Part shown: positions 8,774 to 17,415 of the stretch, piece after piece
Layout: every line of letters begins with the position of its first letter
Position numbering within the stretch: position 1 is the first letter of the stretch
Source: Candidatus Iainarchaeum sp.
GTDB taxonomy: Archaea > Iainarchaeota > Iainarchaeia > Iainarchaeales > UBA10219
Length of the DNA: 64,000 bases
Reading direction: 5' to 3'
NCBI GenBank assembly: GCA_018304425.1
Contig: JAGVWE010000004.1
Span: forward strand, 219,189-283,188
Notes under the pieces: generated by a model
What the model was told of the DNA's origin: nothing
What the model saw: the letters and a program-made list of their open reading frames with translations, nothing else
Databases searched by the model: none
Made by a program: the position numbers and the translations under genes

Positions 8774-8969
8774 ATTACGCCTTTTTACAAAAGGTGTGCG
8801 AAAACGTCCCATGCGCGGCATGGGACTGCCCTCAGTATTGGCTTCGCTAAAAGAGGGACAAGCGCTGAGAATAGTTTCATAGCTAGCCAAGTCAAGTAGG
8901 GCGTTATCGCCGGCTATGAAGTAAATTCCTTCTCATAGGTTAATCGCTCACATATCTTCCGTCTGCGGA

Positions 8970-8980
8970 GTTTAAATAGG
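8970..8980 (-). promoter_or_regulatory. Putative TATA box for the tRNA-His/his transcript
   Basis: Minus-strand TATTTAAA, the clearest TATA-like element upstream of tRNA-His. It implies a leader of about 170 nt before the tRNA. Confidence 0.45.
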
Positions 8981-9496
8981 TTATGGTTTGCCTTCCGCAG
9001 CCGCTTGTTCCTGTCTTTCTTGCAGCAGCCGCTGGGCCGCCTGGATGCCGGCCATCAGTTTAACTGGTTCCCTGGCCGTCAACACGAGTTTCTTGAAGTG
9101 CCCGGACTTCTTGTGCACCAACATGGACTGCTTGTGCTGGGAAACGAAGTAAAGCGTGTCTAGGCTCATGCGGACGCCCCACCCGATGTAGAACGGGACG
9201 CGGTCCACGAGTTCCGCCGACGAAATGTCTTGCACCGGCACCCGGTACGAGTAAAACGGCAAACGGATCTCCAATGCCTGCTCGGTGGCCACGAACCGCA
9301 TCAAGTACAACCAATAAAAGGCCAGGACTACCAGGCCCAGCGCGGCCAGGCCCGGCGCCAGTGACTCGATTCCCACGGCCTGCTGGGAGAGATAGTACAA
9401 CAACGCGGCCAACGCCGCGACCAACGCCAACCAGAAGCCCTTGAACGCCCAACCCACCGGCGCCTGCTCCTCGTACAAGACCCGTTCAACGGCCAT
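8981..9496 (-). CDS. Hypothetical membrane protein (2 TM helices plus a bacterial PH-like soluble domain)
   Basis: Two hydrophobic helices followed by LEIRL...RVPVQDISSAE...GWGVR, a pattern typical of bPH-type membrane proteins. Confidence 0.75.
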   Translation of the reverse strand: MAVERVLYEEQAPVGWAFKGFWLALVAALAALLYYLSQQAVGIESLAPGLAALGLVVLAFYWLYLMRFVATEQALEIRLPFYSYRVPVQDISSAELVDRVPFYIGWGVRMSLDTLYFVSQHKQSMLVHKKSGHFKKLVLTAREPVKLMAGIQAAQRLLQERQEQAAAEGKP

Positions 9497-9640
9497 GCCC
9501 TATTCAAGTGCGAACCCGTATTTAATGGTTTTCGCGCAGCCTTTTTGGCTTCGCCAAAAAGCCTGGGGGAAAACGCTTCCTGCCTTGCAGGAGACAGGCG
9601 AACCAGCGAAGGCACGGCAGAAGCCGGAGAAAAAGGAAAG

Positions 9641-9752
9641 TGCACGGGGCAGGATCCGAACAGCCTTTTTACAAAAGGCTGGCGAAAACGTCCGAATGCA
9701 ACCCCTTCTCGCTTCGCTCGAAGGGGTGGAATGCACGGGGCAGGATTCGAAC
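9641..9752. repeat. 21-bp direct repeat of the tRNA-Leu 3' end flanking a ~70-bp palindromic insert
   Basis: TGCACGGGGCAGGATCCGAAC (9641-9661) versus TGCACGGGGCAGGATTCGAAC (9732-9752), one mismatch. Confidence 0.85.
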
Positions 9753-9815
9753 CTGCGAAGGCACTAAGCCACTGGCCCCTGAAGCCAGCACGTTTGGCCG
9801 CTTCGTTACCCGTGC
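9732..9815 (-). tRNA. tRNA-Leu (CAG)
   Basis: GCACGGG/CCCGTGC-A acceptor stem, anticodon arm CTGGC-TT-CAG-GG-GCCAG, long variable arm, GCAGG-TTCGAAT-CCTGC T arm. Confidence 0.95.
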
Positions 9816-10056
9816 AGCTGACGAAGCGTCAGCTGGCACCGCATACGTCGTCCCATCTCGCTGCTGCTCGATGGGACATAAATATGCCGTGCTTTGCCTG
9901 CTTCAAACCTAAGAGGCTGGGAAAGGGTTTTTATGGCTTGCCATTGAAGAAAGGCAGTGGCATACGTGGTATGCCACCTTTTCCCAGGGCTTCGTTGTCC
10001 ACTTCGTGGACGACGCCACCAAAAGCGAAGCTTTTGATGGTTGTAAAAAGCCCTAG

Positions 10057-10130
10057 CGACCCCGTTGGGATTTGAACCCAAGCCTAGAGCTCCGGAGGCT
10101 CTTATGCAATCCAGACTACACTACGGGGCC
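10057..10130 (-). tRNA. tRNA-Arg (CCG)
   Basis: GGCCCCG/CGGGGTC-G acceptor stem, AGAGC-CT-CCG-GA-GCTCT anticodon arm, TTGGG-TTCAAAT-CCCAA T arm. Confidence 0.95.
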
Positions 10131-10151
10131 AACCCCTTTTGCCGGGGCAAG

Positions 10152-10225
10152 CGCACCCACAGGGATTTGAACCCTGGCCGGCAGCTCCGCAAGCTGCTAT
10201 GCTATCCTGGCTACACTATGGGTGC
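10152..10225 (-). tRNA. tRNA-Arg (GCG)
   Basis: GCACCCA/TGGGTGC-G acceptor stem, GCAGC-TT-GCG-GA-GCTGC anticodon arm, CAGGG-TTCAAAT-CCCTG T arm. TATA-like TTTTAAAA about 30 nt upstream. Confidence 0.95.
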
Positions 10226-10335
10226 AACGATACAGATTAACGGAGGGGGCTTTTTTAAAACCACTCCTAGGCGGAATATTTATGTCCCACCACAGGTGGG
10301 ACGACATAGGGCGTCCAGCCGCCACCTTCGTCCGG

Positions 10336-11412
10336 CTAAATCCAGCCCTGGCCCCCGCCTTTCCGTTCTTCCGGGGGAGCGGGCTCTTCGTCGTAGGCCG
10401 TTACCCGGTTGCTGTTCAGCAACAACTGGGTGTACGCGAACTTGAGGGCCTTGTCCAATAAGACCGTGTAAATGATGAGCAGCGGCTTGAAAACGAATTT
10501 TGTGAGCAAGTAGAACATGCTCGTGAAGACGAAGGCCACGACGAACCAAAAGTTTTTCTCGATGACTGCGAAGAGGGGCACCCGGGCTTTCAGGGTGGCG
10601 AACGCGCTCTGTTTTTCGGCTTCGCTGGGTTCCACGGGTTTCTTGGCTTTCAGCCTTTCAACGACTTCCTGTCGGTAGGCCTTGGAGCCGAGTTCGAGTT
10701 TCTTGGCCTGCACTTTTTTGGCGAACGCCGCAACCCTCGGGTCCAGGCTTTCCCCGAGTTTCTGGTATTCCTCGGTTTCCAGGAGGCCGTCCAAGAGCAT
10801 GCGCTGGTTGATGATGACAAGGCTCGCGTTTTCTTCCACCAATGCCCGGGTGCCGGCGCCGACCAGGGAGTTGGAGACCACAGCGGACTCGAAGTCGTTC
10901 AGGTAGGTGGCGGGGTTTCCGTTCACTGCCAGGGCAATGGAGGCGAACACGCCGAAGCTGATGAGCAGCGCCACGTAGCCGTATCCCGCGGTGATGGCTT
11001 TCACCAACGCGTTCCCCTTCACCGTGGACAAATACCAGTAAACGATTTCAATGAAGAGGAAGACGCTCAAGGCGTAGAACGTCAGCGGCCAGGCGAAGTC
11101 CACGAGGTTCTTGAACAGGAAGAGGGCGGCAAACCCTCCGAGCACCAGTCCCACGGCGGAGGCCAGGTGCATGTTCTCCTTTTCCTTGACCTCCGAAAAA
11201 GAGGCCACCAGGGCCAGTGTGAGGGGAAACAATAGGAGAAACGCGTAGAAGGGGAGCGACAGCACCTTGTCGAGGTTTTCTCCCAGCTTGCCGAGCATCA
11301 CGATTTCGGAGAGCTTCACGCCGGAAGCGTTGAGGGAAAACATCCACGCGAAAACCGTCAACGCAATCAAGGCAGCCAAGACAAGGGTTTCCGCGTCCAC
11401 CTTTAATGCCAT
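10336..11412 (-). CDS. Hypothetical multi-pass membrane protein
   Basis: 358-aa ORF with about six hydrophobic helices and a helical soluble loop. Starts 4 nt after map, with genome-typical codon usage. Confidence 0.8.
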   Translation of the reverse strand: MALKVDAETLVLAALIALTVFAWMFSLNASGVKLSEIVMLGKLGENLDKVLSLPFYAFLLLFPLTLALVASFSEVKEKENMHLASAVGLVLGGFAALFLFKNLVDFAWPLTFYALSVFLFIEIVYWYLSTVKGNALVKAITAGYGYVALLISFGVFASIALAVNGNPATYLNDFESAVVSNSLVGAGTRALVEENASLVIINQRMLLDGLLETEEYQKLGESLDPRVAAFAKKVQAKKLELGSKAYRQEVVERLKAKKPVEPSEAEKQSAFATLKARVPLFAVIEKNFWFVVAFVFTSMFYLLTKFVFKPLLIIYTVLLDKALKFAYTQLLLNSNRVTAYDEEPAPPEERKGGGQGWI

Positions 11413-11416
11413 GGGC

Positions 11417-12319
11417 TTACACCAGCACTATTACGTCGTTGTCCTTTAATATCATGCAGGTTTCGGCCTGTGCCACCATGGCGCCCTTTTGCTCCAGCAA
11501 AACCGGGTAGGGCCGGATGCAGCCCTTGAGCAGGAGCTCCCGCAAGCCCATCCTCCGCTTGAAGTCCGGCAACTTCAACTCGTTGTGGGCATACCGTTCG
11601 CTCCAGGGCAGGGTCTTGTACTTGCCGGCAATGAATTCCATGATTTTCCGGGCTTCCGGGTTCCGGATGGGCCTCGGCTCCTGCAAGCCATAGATTTCGC
11701 AGGCGCTTCCCTCGTGGATGAGCCCGCGGCCATTGGTTGCAAAGGGTTCAATGGCAATCGCCATGCCTTCCACGAGTTTCCTGGACTGCTTCAAGCCCAC
11801 GTTGGGCATGCTGGGATTGGAGTGCGTGGTCCACTGCTCGAGGCCGTGCCCGCACAGGTTCTGCACGGGCTTGAAGCCATACCCCTTAATCGTGTCCTCG
11901 ATGGCTTGCCCGATTTTCCCGACCTCCGCGCCAACCCTTACCCCGGCAATGGCGTTCTCCAAGGCCCTTTCGCTGGCCTCCAAGAGCTTCCCCCATTCCC
12001 CGGAAAAGTCCAGGGAAAAAGCCGCGTCCGCGATGTAGCCCTGGACTTGCACGCCCAAGTCCACCTTGATCAAGTCCCCTTCCCCGACCACCCGTTCATC
12101 GTCCACGCAGGGACTGTAATGGGCGGCTTCATCGTTTACGGACAGGTTAGCCGGGAAGGCCGGCCCAGCTTCTTTGTCTATATCAGTGATTTCCTTCTCC
12201 AGGCATTCAGCGATATCAAGCAGTTTAGCGCCTGGCTTAACCATTTTTCTGGCCTTTTTCTGCAATTCATGCAGTATTTTGCCTGCCCTCACGTAGTTTT
12301 TCGCAATGGTTTCATCCAT
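11417..12319 (-). CDS. map: Methionine aminopeptidase, type II
   Basis: PAFP.NLSVND.AAHY, KVDLGVQVQGYIADAA, NLCGH, AIEPFAT, the helical insert of type II enzymes, and VAQAE. Confidence 0.95.
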   Translation of the reverse strand: MDETIAKNYVRAGKILHELQKKARKMVKPGAKLLDIAECLEKEITDIDKEAGPAFPANLSVNDEAAHYSPCVDDERVVGEGDLIKVDLGVQVQGYIADAAFSLDFSGEWGKLLEASERALENAIAGVRVGAEVGKIGQAIEDTIKGYGFKPVQNLCGHGLEQWTTHSNPSMPNVGLKQSRKLVEGMAIAIEPFATNGRGLIHEGSACEIYGLQEPRPIRNPEARKIMEFIAGKYKTLPWSERYAHNELKLPDFKRRMGLRELLLKGCIRPYPVLLEQKGAMVAQAETCMILKDNDVIVLV

Positions 12320-12516
12320 CCAACATCCCACCAACAAAGTTCCCCAAAAGCTTAAAACCCCATGCCTTCGCCTAATGGATGCGTTTAATCAGCCAAACGG
12401 CCGCCAACAACCCCCGGAAAGCAAGCCCGGGCACCGGCCGGCACGCTCAAAGTCGTTGGCGTTCCTTGGCCGGGGTTTCCCCCCAACCAGGTTATGTAGC
12501 GTGTTGTTTCGCCCGC

Positions 12517-14946
12517 TCACGTGAACGCCCCCAACGAGGACTGCTTGCCGCCATGCACCAAGTCCTGCTCACTGTACCCCAGTTCCCGCATGATTTTGAT
12601 GACCGCCGGCACGACCTGGTTGTTGATGTAATACTCCGCGTCATAGTCTCCTTCCCGCACGAACTCCGCGAGCTCGGCTTTCTCGGAAATGGTTTTCCCC
12701 GACTTCGTGATGATGAATTCAAGCACCGAGCCGACCCCGATGTCCTTGCCCCGCTTGATGGCCTTCTCCGCGGCCGCCACATGCGGCGCCACCTGCTCGT
12801 ACTTTCCCACCGTGCGCCGCAACATCGTGTACATGAAGAGCTCCTCCTTCGGCACCCTTCCCTGCTTCAACCGCTCGATGGTCTCACGCACGACCTTCAC
12901 GGCCTTGTCCGGCTTCCCCTCCTTCAACACGGCCTCGATGACGCGCTTCTGCGTTTCCTTCGCAATCTGCGCCCAGTCTCTCCTCACGTACTCGAAGCCC
13001 ACGATGGTCAGGTTGCCCTCGAAGTCCATCAACGCATACTTCTTCTTCGCGGCACCGCCCTCCTTCTTCGTCACGAAGATGCCGCGCCGGTAATAGCCCT
13101 CGAACTCCAACTCCATGACGCCCGGCAACGCCTCGTTCACTTTTTTTGCGAATTTCTTTACGTCGTCTTCGCTTTTTTCCCGCGGCAAAATCAAAAATGC
13201 GCTGTCCGAATCGGCATATAGCGGCGTAAAACCATCGTTTTCGGCGGCTTGCAGCACTTCGTGCACATAGTGCCGGCCCCACGCGGTAACCGCCGTAGCG
13301 CACTCCCGCGAATACCAGCGGAACCGCGCATAGCCCAGCACGCCATAAAAAGAGTTCAACAAAATCTTCAGCGCCCACTGCCTGGCATACAGCACCTTGT
13401 ACTCGGTGGTATCTTTAGCCACCGCTTTCATTTGCTTTTGGATTTCAATGCGCTTGTTCAGGATGTCCTCCAAGAGGCTCGAGAAAAAGCCCTGTCGCTT
13501 GTCGCAAAACCAGTCTCCCGTCGGCGCCTTGTGCTTGTCAAGCCCCTTGCAGCAGGCGCAGTTCAGGGTGTCAGGCGAAATGTGGTGCGAGACAATGATG
13601 CTTGGATACATGGAGCGGAAGTCCAGCACCGCGATGTTCTCGTGCAGGCCCGGCACCGGGCTCTTGACGTAGCCGCCCTCGAAGCTCTTCTCCGCCCGCG
13701 CCTCGACCTCTTCTTCCCGGGGCTTGTTGGGAATCAACAGGTTGTTCCGGTAACTCTTGTCAATCAAGAGGTACTCGACGAGGATGCCGGTGCTGCTGCG
13801 GCTCACGTCGAACGCGGTCTGCTTGGTGAGCTTCGCCATCTCCACGGTCAACGGCAGGTAATCCCGTGCAATCCTCAAAGTATACGCCGCGTCCGCCAGA
13901 TTGTAGTCCGCGACCCGCTCCAGGCCCTTGCCGGAGTCCCAGGCCTGGTTGATTTCCTCCGGCTTGACCTTCTCCTTTTCCTCGCCATACAAGGCCTTCG
14001 CCACGGCCTCCAAGTCGAACTTGACGAGGTCCAGGACGCCCAGCCGCGCCAGCAACCGCACGATTTGGAAGGCGTCGACGTGCTGCCTTCCCCGCACCTT
14101 GACGGCCTTGTCCATGCCCTTCTGCCGGACCACGGGCTCACTGCCATCCGCGTTGACGTCGAACTTCAATCCCAGCCGCTGGCACCGCTCCTTCAGGTAC
14201 GGGAAGTCAAACGAGTCCCCATTGTACGTGACCACGATGTCCGGGTCCTTTTCCTTTATCTTGTCCACTAGGGCCTGGACCATGCCGCGTTCGTCGTCGA
14301 ACACCGTGACGTAATCGCGCTTGACTTTCTTCCCGAAAGTGAACACGTGCTGCTCGTCCGCGTCCGCGTAGGAAATCATGACAATGGCATCCCGTTTGGG
14401 GTCGGAAAACCGTCCCGGTGACAGGGTTTCCAGGTCAAAGCAGCACACCCGGAGCCGTTTCACGGCCTCGTCGCGTTCCCGGTCGCAGGCCACGCGCAAC
14501 GCCCTGTTTTCGGCATCCGCTTCCACCACGGCATAGCCCATGGGCTCCAGGCCCTTGTCAATCACGTAGCGCTTGGCGAACGGGATGTCGTACTCGCGGG
14601 TTTCCTTGACGCCGGCTGCCTTCCGTATCTCGCCGCGCACGAACGTCAGGTCCGAGGTGTTCTTGAAGGAGACCTTCAACGCGTTCCCGGCATTGGCTTT
14701 CTCCACGGCCTCGGCCTTCAAGAGCCTGACTTTCCGGTTGGCGTCCTGCCACTCCATGCCCTCCAACTCTTTCTTCCGCTTGGCCGCGTCATCGCAGAGC
14801 ACGTAAAAGTAGGGCCGGAAGTCCGGGTCGGTAAAGCACTCAATGCCTTTCCCGGTGCGCAAGAAGAGGCGGATGCAGGCCAGCCCCTGCTCGTCCTGGG
14901 TGGAGTCGATGTCGAGCAACAGCCCGGAAACCTTTCTCACGGCCAT
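12517..14946 (-). CDS. polB: Family B DNA polymerase (archaeal PolB3-like)
   Basis: Exo I FDLET, Exo II YNGDSFDFPY, Exo III YN..DA. Polymerase motifs DFRSMYPSII, Q.ALKILLNSFYG, YADSDS, KKKYA, G.E.VRRDW. C-terminal PIP box QSSLGAF. Confidence 0.97.
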   Translation of the reverse strand: MAVRKVSGLLLDIDSTQDEQGLACIRLFLRTGKGIECFTDPDFRPYFYVLCDDAAKRKKELEGMEWQDANRKVRLLKAEAVEKANAGNALKVSFKNTSDLTFVRGEIRKAAGVKETREYDIPFAKRYVIDKGLEPMGYAVVEADAENRALRVACDRERDEAVKRLRVCCFDLETLSPGRFSDPKRDAIVMISYADADEQHVFTFGKKVKRDYVTVFDDERGMVQALVDKIKEKDPDIVVTYNGDSFDFPYLKERCQRLGLKFDVNADGSEPVVRQKGMDKAVKVRGRQHVDAFQIVRLLARLGVLDLVKFDLEAVAKALYGEEKEKVKPEEINQAWDSGKGLERVADYNLADAAYTLRIARDYLPLTVEMAKLTKQTAFDVSRSSTGILVEYLLIDKSYRNNLLIPNKPREEEVEARAEKSFEGGYVKSPVPGLHENIAVLDFRSMYPSIIVSHHISPDTLNCACCKGLDKHKAPTGDWFCDKRQGFFSSLLEDILNKRIEIQKQMKAVAKDTTEYKVLYARQWALKILLNSFYGVLGYARFRWYSRECATAVTAWGRHYVHEVLQAAENDGFTPLYADSDSAFLILPREKSEDDVKKFAKKVNEALPGVMELEFEGYYRRGIFVTKKEGGAAKKKYALMDFEGNLTIVGFEYVRRDWAQIAKETQKRVIEAVLKEGKPDKAVKVVRETIERLKQGRVPKEELFMYTMLRRTVGKYEQVAPHVAAAEKAIKRGKDIGVGSVLEFIITKSGKTISEKAELAEFVREGDYDAEYYINNQVVPAVIKIMRELGYSEQDLVHGGKQSSLGAFT

Positions 14947-15264
14947 ACCCAGCCATGAACCCAAAAAGGCTTTTAAGATAGCTTTTTAACCGCCTAGGCA
15001 CATTCAGTCTCTTACGGGCAAGACACGCAACGAGTTTCCATTGAACGCGGTTCCACCAGGCCAGTTCTCCAAACGCCGCAAGGCCGCCTTGAATCGCGCC
15101 ATGAAAAGTGGCAATGACTCTTGGCATGGAGAGCCGCGGCGTCCTCCGGTTGACTTGCCGGTATGCTTGCAATGCGGGCTTAGCCCTTTGGGAACACCCG
15201 TCTTTTCCGCTGCCAAACCCCGCAAACCTTTTAATTAACCTCGGCCCTAATGTAACCGGTTTCC

Positions 15265-15786
15265 ATGCCCACCCGCGAGCAACGACTGGCACAACGACAA
15301 GGCCCTTCCGGCTCCGCCCCCTCGCAGGGCGTCCCCCGCGGCCTCAACCCCCCGGTCTTTGACTCCGTTTCCCGGGACATCCGCGCCCTCAACTCCAGCA
15401 TCCTCATCATCACCCAGAAAATGAAGTTCCTGGTGCGCAACGAAAAAATCCTGGGCCGCAACGTGCTCGTGCTCAACAAGAAACTCAAGTCCCTCGAAGA
15501 CCACAGCGGGGCGGGAGCCAGCGTGGGCGGCGCTTCCACCCTCGAAATGCAGGGCATGGCCGACCGGTTCTCCACCGAGCTCTCGCGCCTCAACGAACGC
15601 CTCGCCTACCTCGAAAACGAGTTGCAGCGCGTCAAGGACACCTACGCCAAACTCGAACCGGTCCAGGAAATGAAGTACGTGGTCGACAGCATCAACCCCC
15701 TCGAGTTCGTCACTTACGCGGGCCTCGACAAGATCCTCGAAGAACGCCTCAACGCGCTCAAACAAAAAGCCGAAAAAAGGGTTTGA
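15265..15786 (+). CDS. Hypothetical coiled-coil protein
   Basis: 173-aa ORF with strong C-ending codon bias and heptad-rich helices. TATA-like TTTAATTA about 30 nt upstream. Confidence 0.8.
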   Translation: MPTREQRLAQRQGPSGSAPSQGVPRGLNPPVFDSVSRDIRALNSSILIITQKMKFLVRNEKILGRNVLVLNKKLKSLEDHSGAGASVGGASTLEMQGMADRFSTELSRLNERLAYLENELQRVKDTYAKLEPVQEMKYVVDSINPLEFVTYAGLDKILEERLNALKQKAEKRV

Positions 15787-15787
15787 C

Positions 15788-17335
15788 TCATCGCTCGCCG
15801 CACCGGCTCAGGCCCGGCCGCAACAGCACGCGGTAATTCTTCCGGCCCCGGAGGTTCAGGCCACAATCATCGCCTGCCACGATTTCCGCTCTCGCCTCCA
15901 CGTACTGGGCATACCCGGGTTTCAAGTCCATCTCCTTGTCCGCGCTCACGGCCACCCCGACTCCGTAGTCCGGCAGCTTCAAGAGGAGCTGCGTGATTTC
16001 GCCTGCAAGCGGGTCCGCGTTGCCGCGTTCCAGGAATTCCCTGGCCTCAGGCAACGCCACCCAGGCCCGCAACCCCGCACTCTCGCCCCGTGCCCGGTAG
16101 GCTTCCATCAGGCCCTTGAGCACGTTGTGCACCACCCAGGCCCTGGCCCGGTCATCCAGGCCCTGCAAGTGGATGAGGCTGGTCCGACCAACGGCCTTCA
16201 ACCAGTTCTTCGCGATTTCCTCGAAGTCGTTGGAGCCCACGAACAAGCCCTTGTACCGCGAGTCAATCACGGCCAGCACCCGCACCGCGTGATTGATTTT
16301 GGCTTCCGACAGCTTGTCGCTTGCCGCAAACGTTTTCACGCGCAAAATAAGGTCATCCAGGTTCTTGAGCTTGGCCCCGGCCGCGGCCAGCTTGACCAGG
16401 TCCTTGACCTCCTGTTCCACGACTCCAAAGGAGTCCAGCAAGTGATTCGAGTCCAACAGGTTGAGGTCCACGAAAAGGTTTTCAAGGGGCTTGAAGTGCC
16501 GGATTGGAAAGCCCATGGGCTCGGCTTCCCCTGAATCCGTTTTTCCGGCCGAGGCCATAGCCGAGGCCCCCATGGCCCCCGCGTCCTTGGCGGGTTCCGC
16601 GAGGCCGTCAAACTCCTGGCCCTCCGCGAACACCACGGCCGGCAGGTTGGACAACAAGGCGGACTCCAACAGCAAGTGGAGCACGTGCCTCCGCTCTCCC
16701 GGCTTTCCCCCCACTACCAGGGTCCGCGCAAAGAATTCCAGGGGCTCGGTTACCGGCAACCCGTTCATGGTGCGGCCCAGCCGCGCCTCGGCCTTGCCCT
16801 GCACGGCCACGGATTCCTCGCGGCCGGGCGCGGAATTTGAGGCAAGCAAGGGCACCATGAGTGGCTGGGAGAAGAAAACCCGTTGCACGCCGGCTTCGGC
16901 CTGGTGGAGTTCCACGAGCTTCAAGTCATAGCCTTTCGCGACGTCTTTCACGGTTTGCGCGGCCGCCGCCAGCCCCTGCAGGGCCTCGTCGAGGTCGCGC
17001 ACGAACTCCTCTTCCTTCCAAGGCACGTACACCGGTTGGGAGGCCAGCAACAGGAACTTCAGGGTCTGCCCCTGGCTTCCAGCCTGTCCGCGGTCGTGGC
17101 GCGCGACCACCAGGGCTTCGAGGGGAAGCTTGTAGAGGAAGTCCTCGGTGTCTCCGTCCGCGTGGAAGGCCTGGTACAAGTCCGCGACCGCGCCCACGAC
17201 CCGCTCGCCCTGTTTTTCGTAGACCAGGACCAGCAACACGCTCTGGGGATTCGAGTAGACCTCGATTTCATGGCCTTGGAGGGAGCCGTTGAACAACCGC
17301 TCCCACGGCCCATCCCGTAACTGGAATAACTGCAT
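15788..17335 (-). CDS. Hypothetical protein with a degenerate HerA/FtsK-like P-loop domain
   Basis: RTLVVGGKPGERRH (Walker A position), PAVVFAEGQEF (usually P.++FD..GEY), VALPEAREFL (Walker B position, usually DEAH.F), LPDYGVGVAVSA (usually RKFGVG...TQ). Confidence 0.7.
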   Translation of the reverse strand: MQLFQLRDGPWERLFNGSLQGHEIEVYSNPQSVLLVLVYEKQGERVVGAVADLYQAFHADGDTEDFLYKLPLEALVVARHDRGQAGSQGQTLKFLLLASQPVYVPWKEEEFVRDLDEALQGLAAAAQTVKDVAKGYDLKLVELHQAEAGVQRVFFSQPLMVPLLASNSAPGREESVAVQGKAEARLGRTMNGLPVTEPLEFFARTLVVGGKPGERRHVLHLLLESALLSNLPAVVFAEGQEFDGLAEPAKDAGAMGASAMASAGKTDSGEAEPMGFPIRHFKPLENLFVDLNLLDSNHLLDSFGVVEQEVKDLVKLAAAGAKLKNLDDLILRVKTFAASDKLSEAKINHAVRVLAVIDSRYKGLFVGSNDFEEIAKNWLKAVGRTSLIHLQGLDDRARAWVVHNVLKGLMEAYRARGESAGLRAWVALPEAREFLERGNADPLAGEITQLLLKLPDYGVGVAVSADKEMDLKPGYAQYVEARAEIVAGDDCGLNLRGRKNYRVLLRPGLSRCGER

Positions 17336-17415
17336 TCCCGGAACCCAGCCAATATATAGGCTTTATGTATTTATATATGTTTAATCATCCTTATACTGCC
17401 ATTTTGGTGCATTCC

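Noticed and set aside
8904-8936. 10-codon ORF MRRNLLHSRR near the putative transcript start
   Set aside because: It has only one His codon and is short enough to arise by chance, so it is not called, although it lies in the candidate leader.
9441-10461. Several short ORFs across the tRNA cluster
   Set aside because: They overlap tRNA genes and palindromes, and their translations are the typical tRNA shadow peptides.
14990-15225. RNase P or SRP RNA
   Set aside because: There is only partial resemblance to the RNase P 3' conserved region, with no matching GAGGAAAGUC-type P4 partner and no SRP helix 8 motif.
15600-15786. FlaC/ArlC-like call for the coiled-coil protein (YVVDSINP)
   Set aside because: The resemblance is limited to a few residues and there are no archaellum genes nearby.
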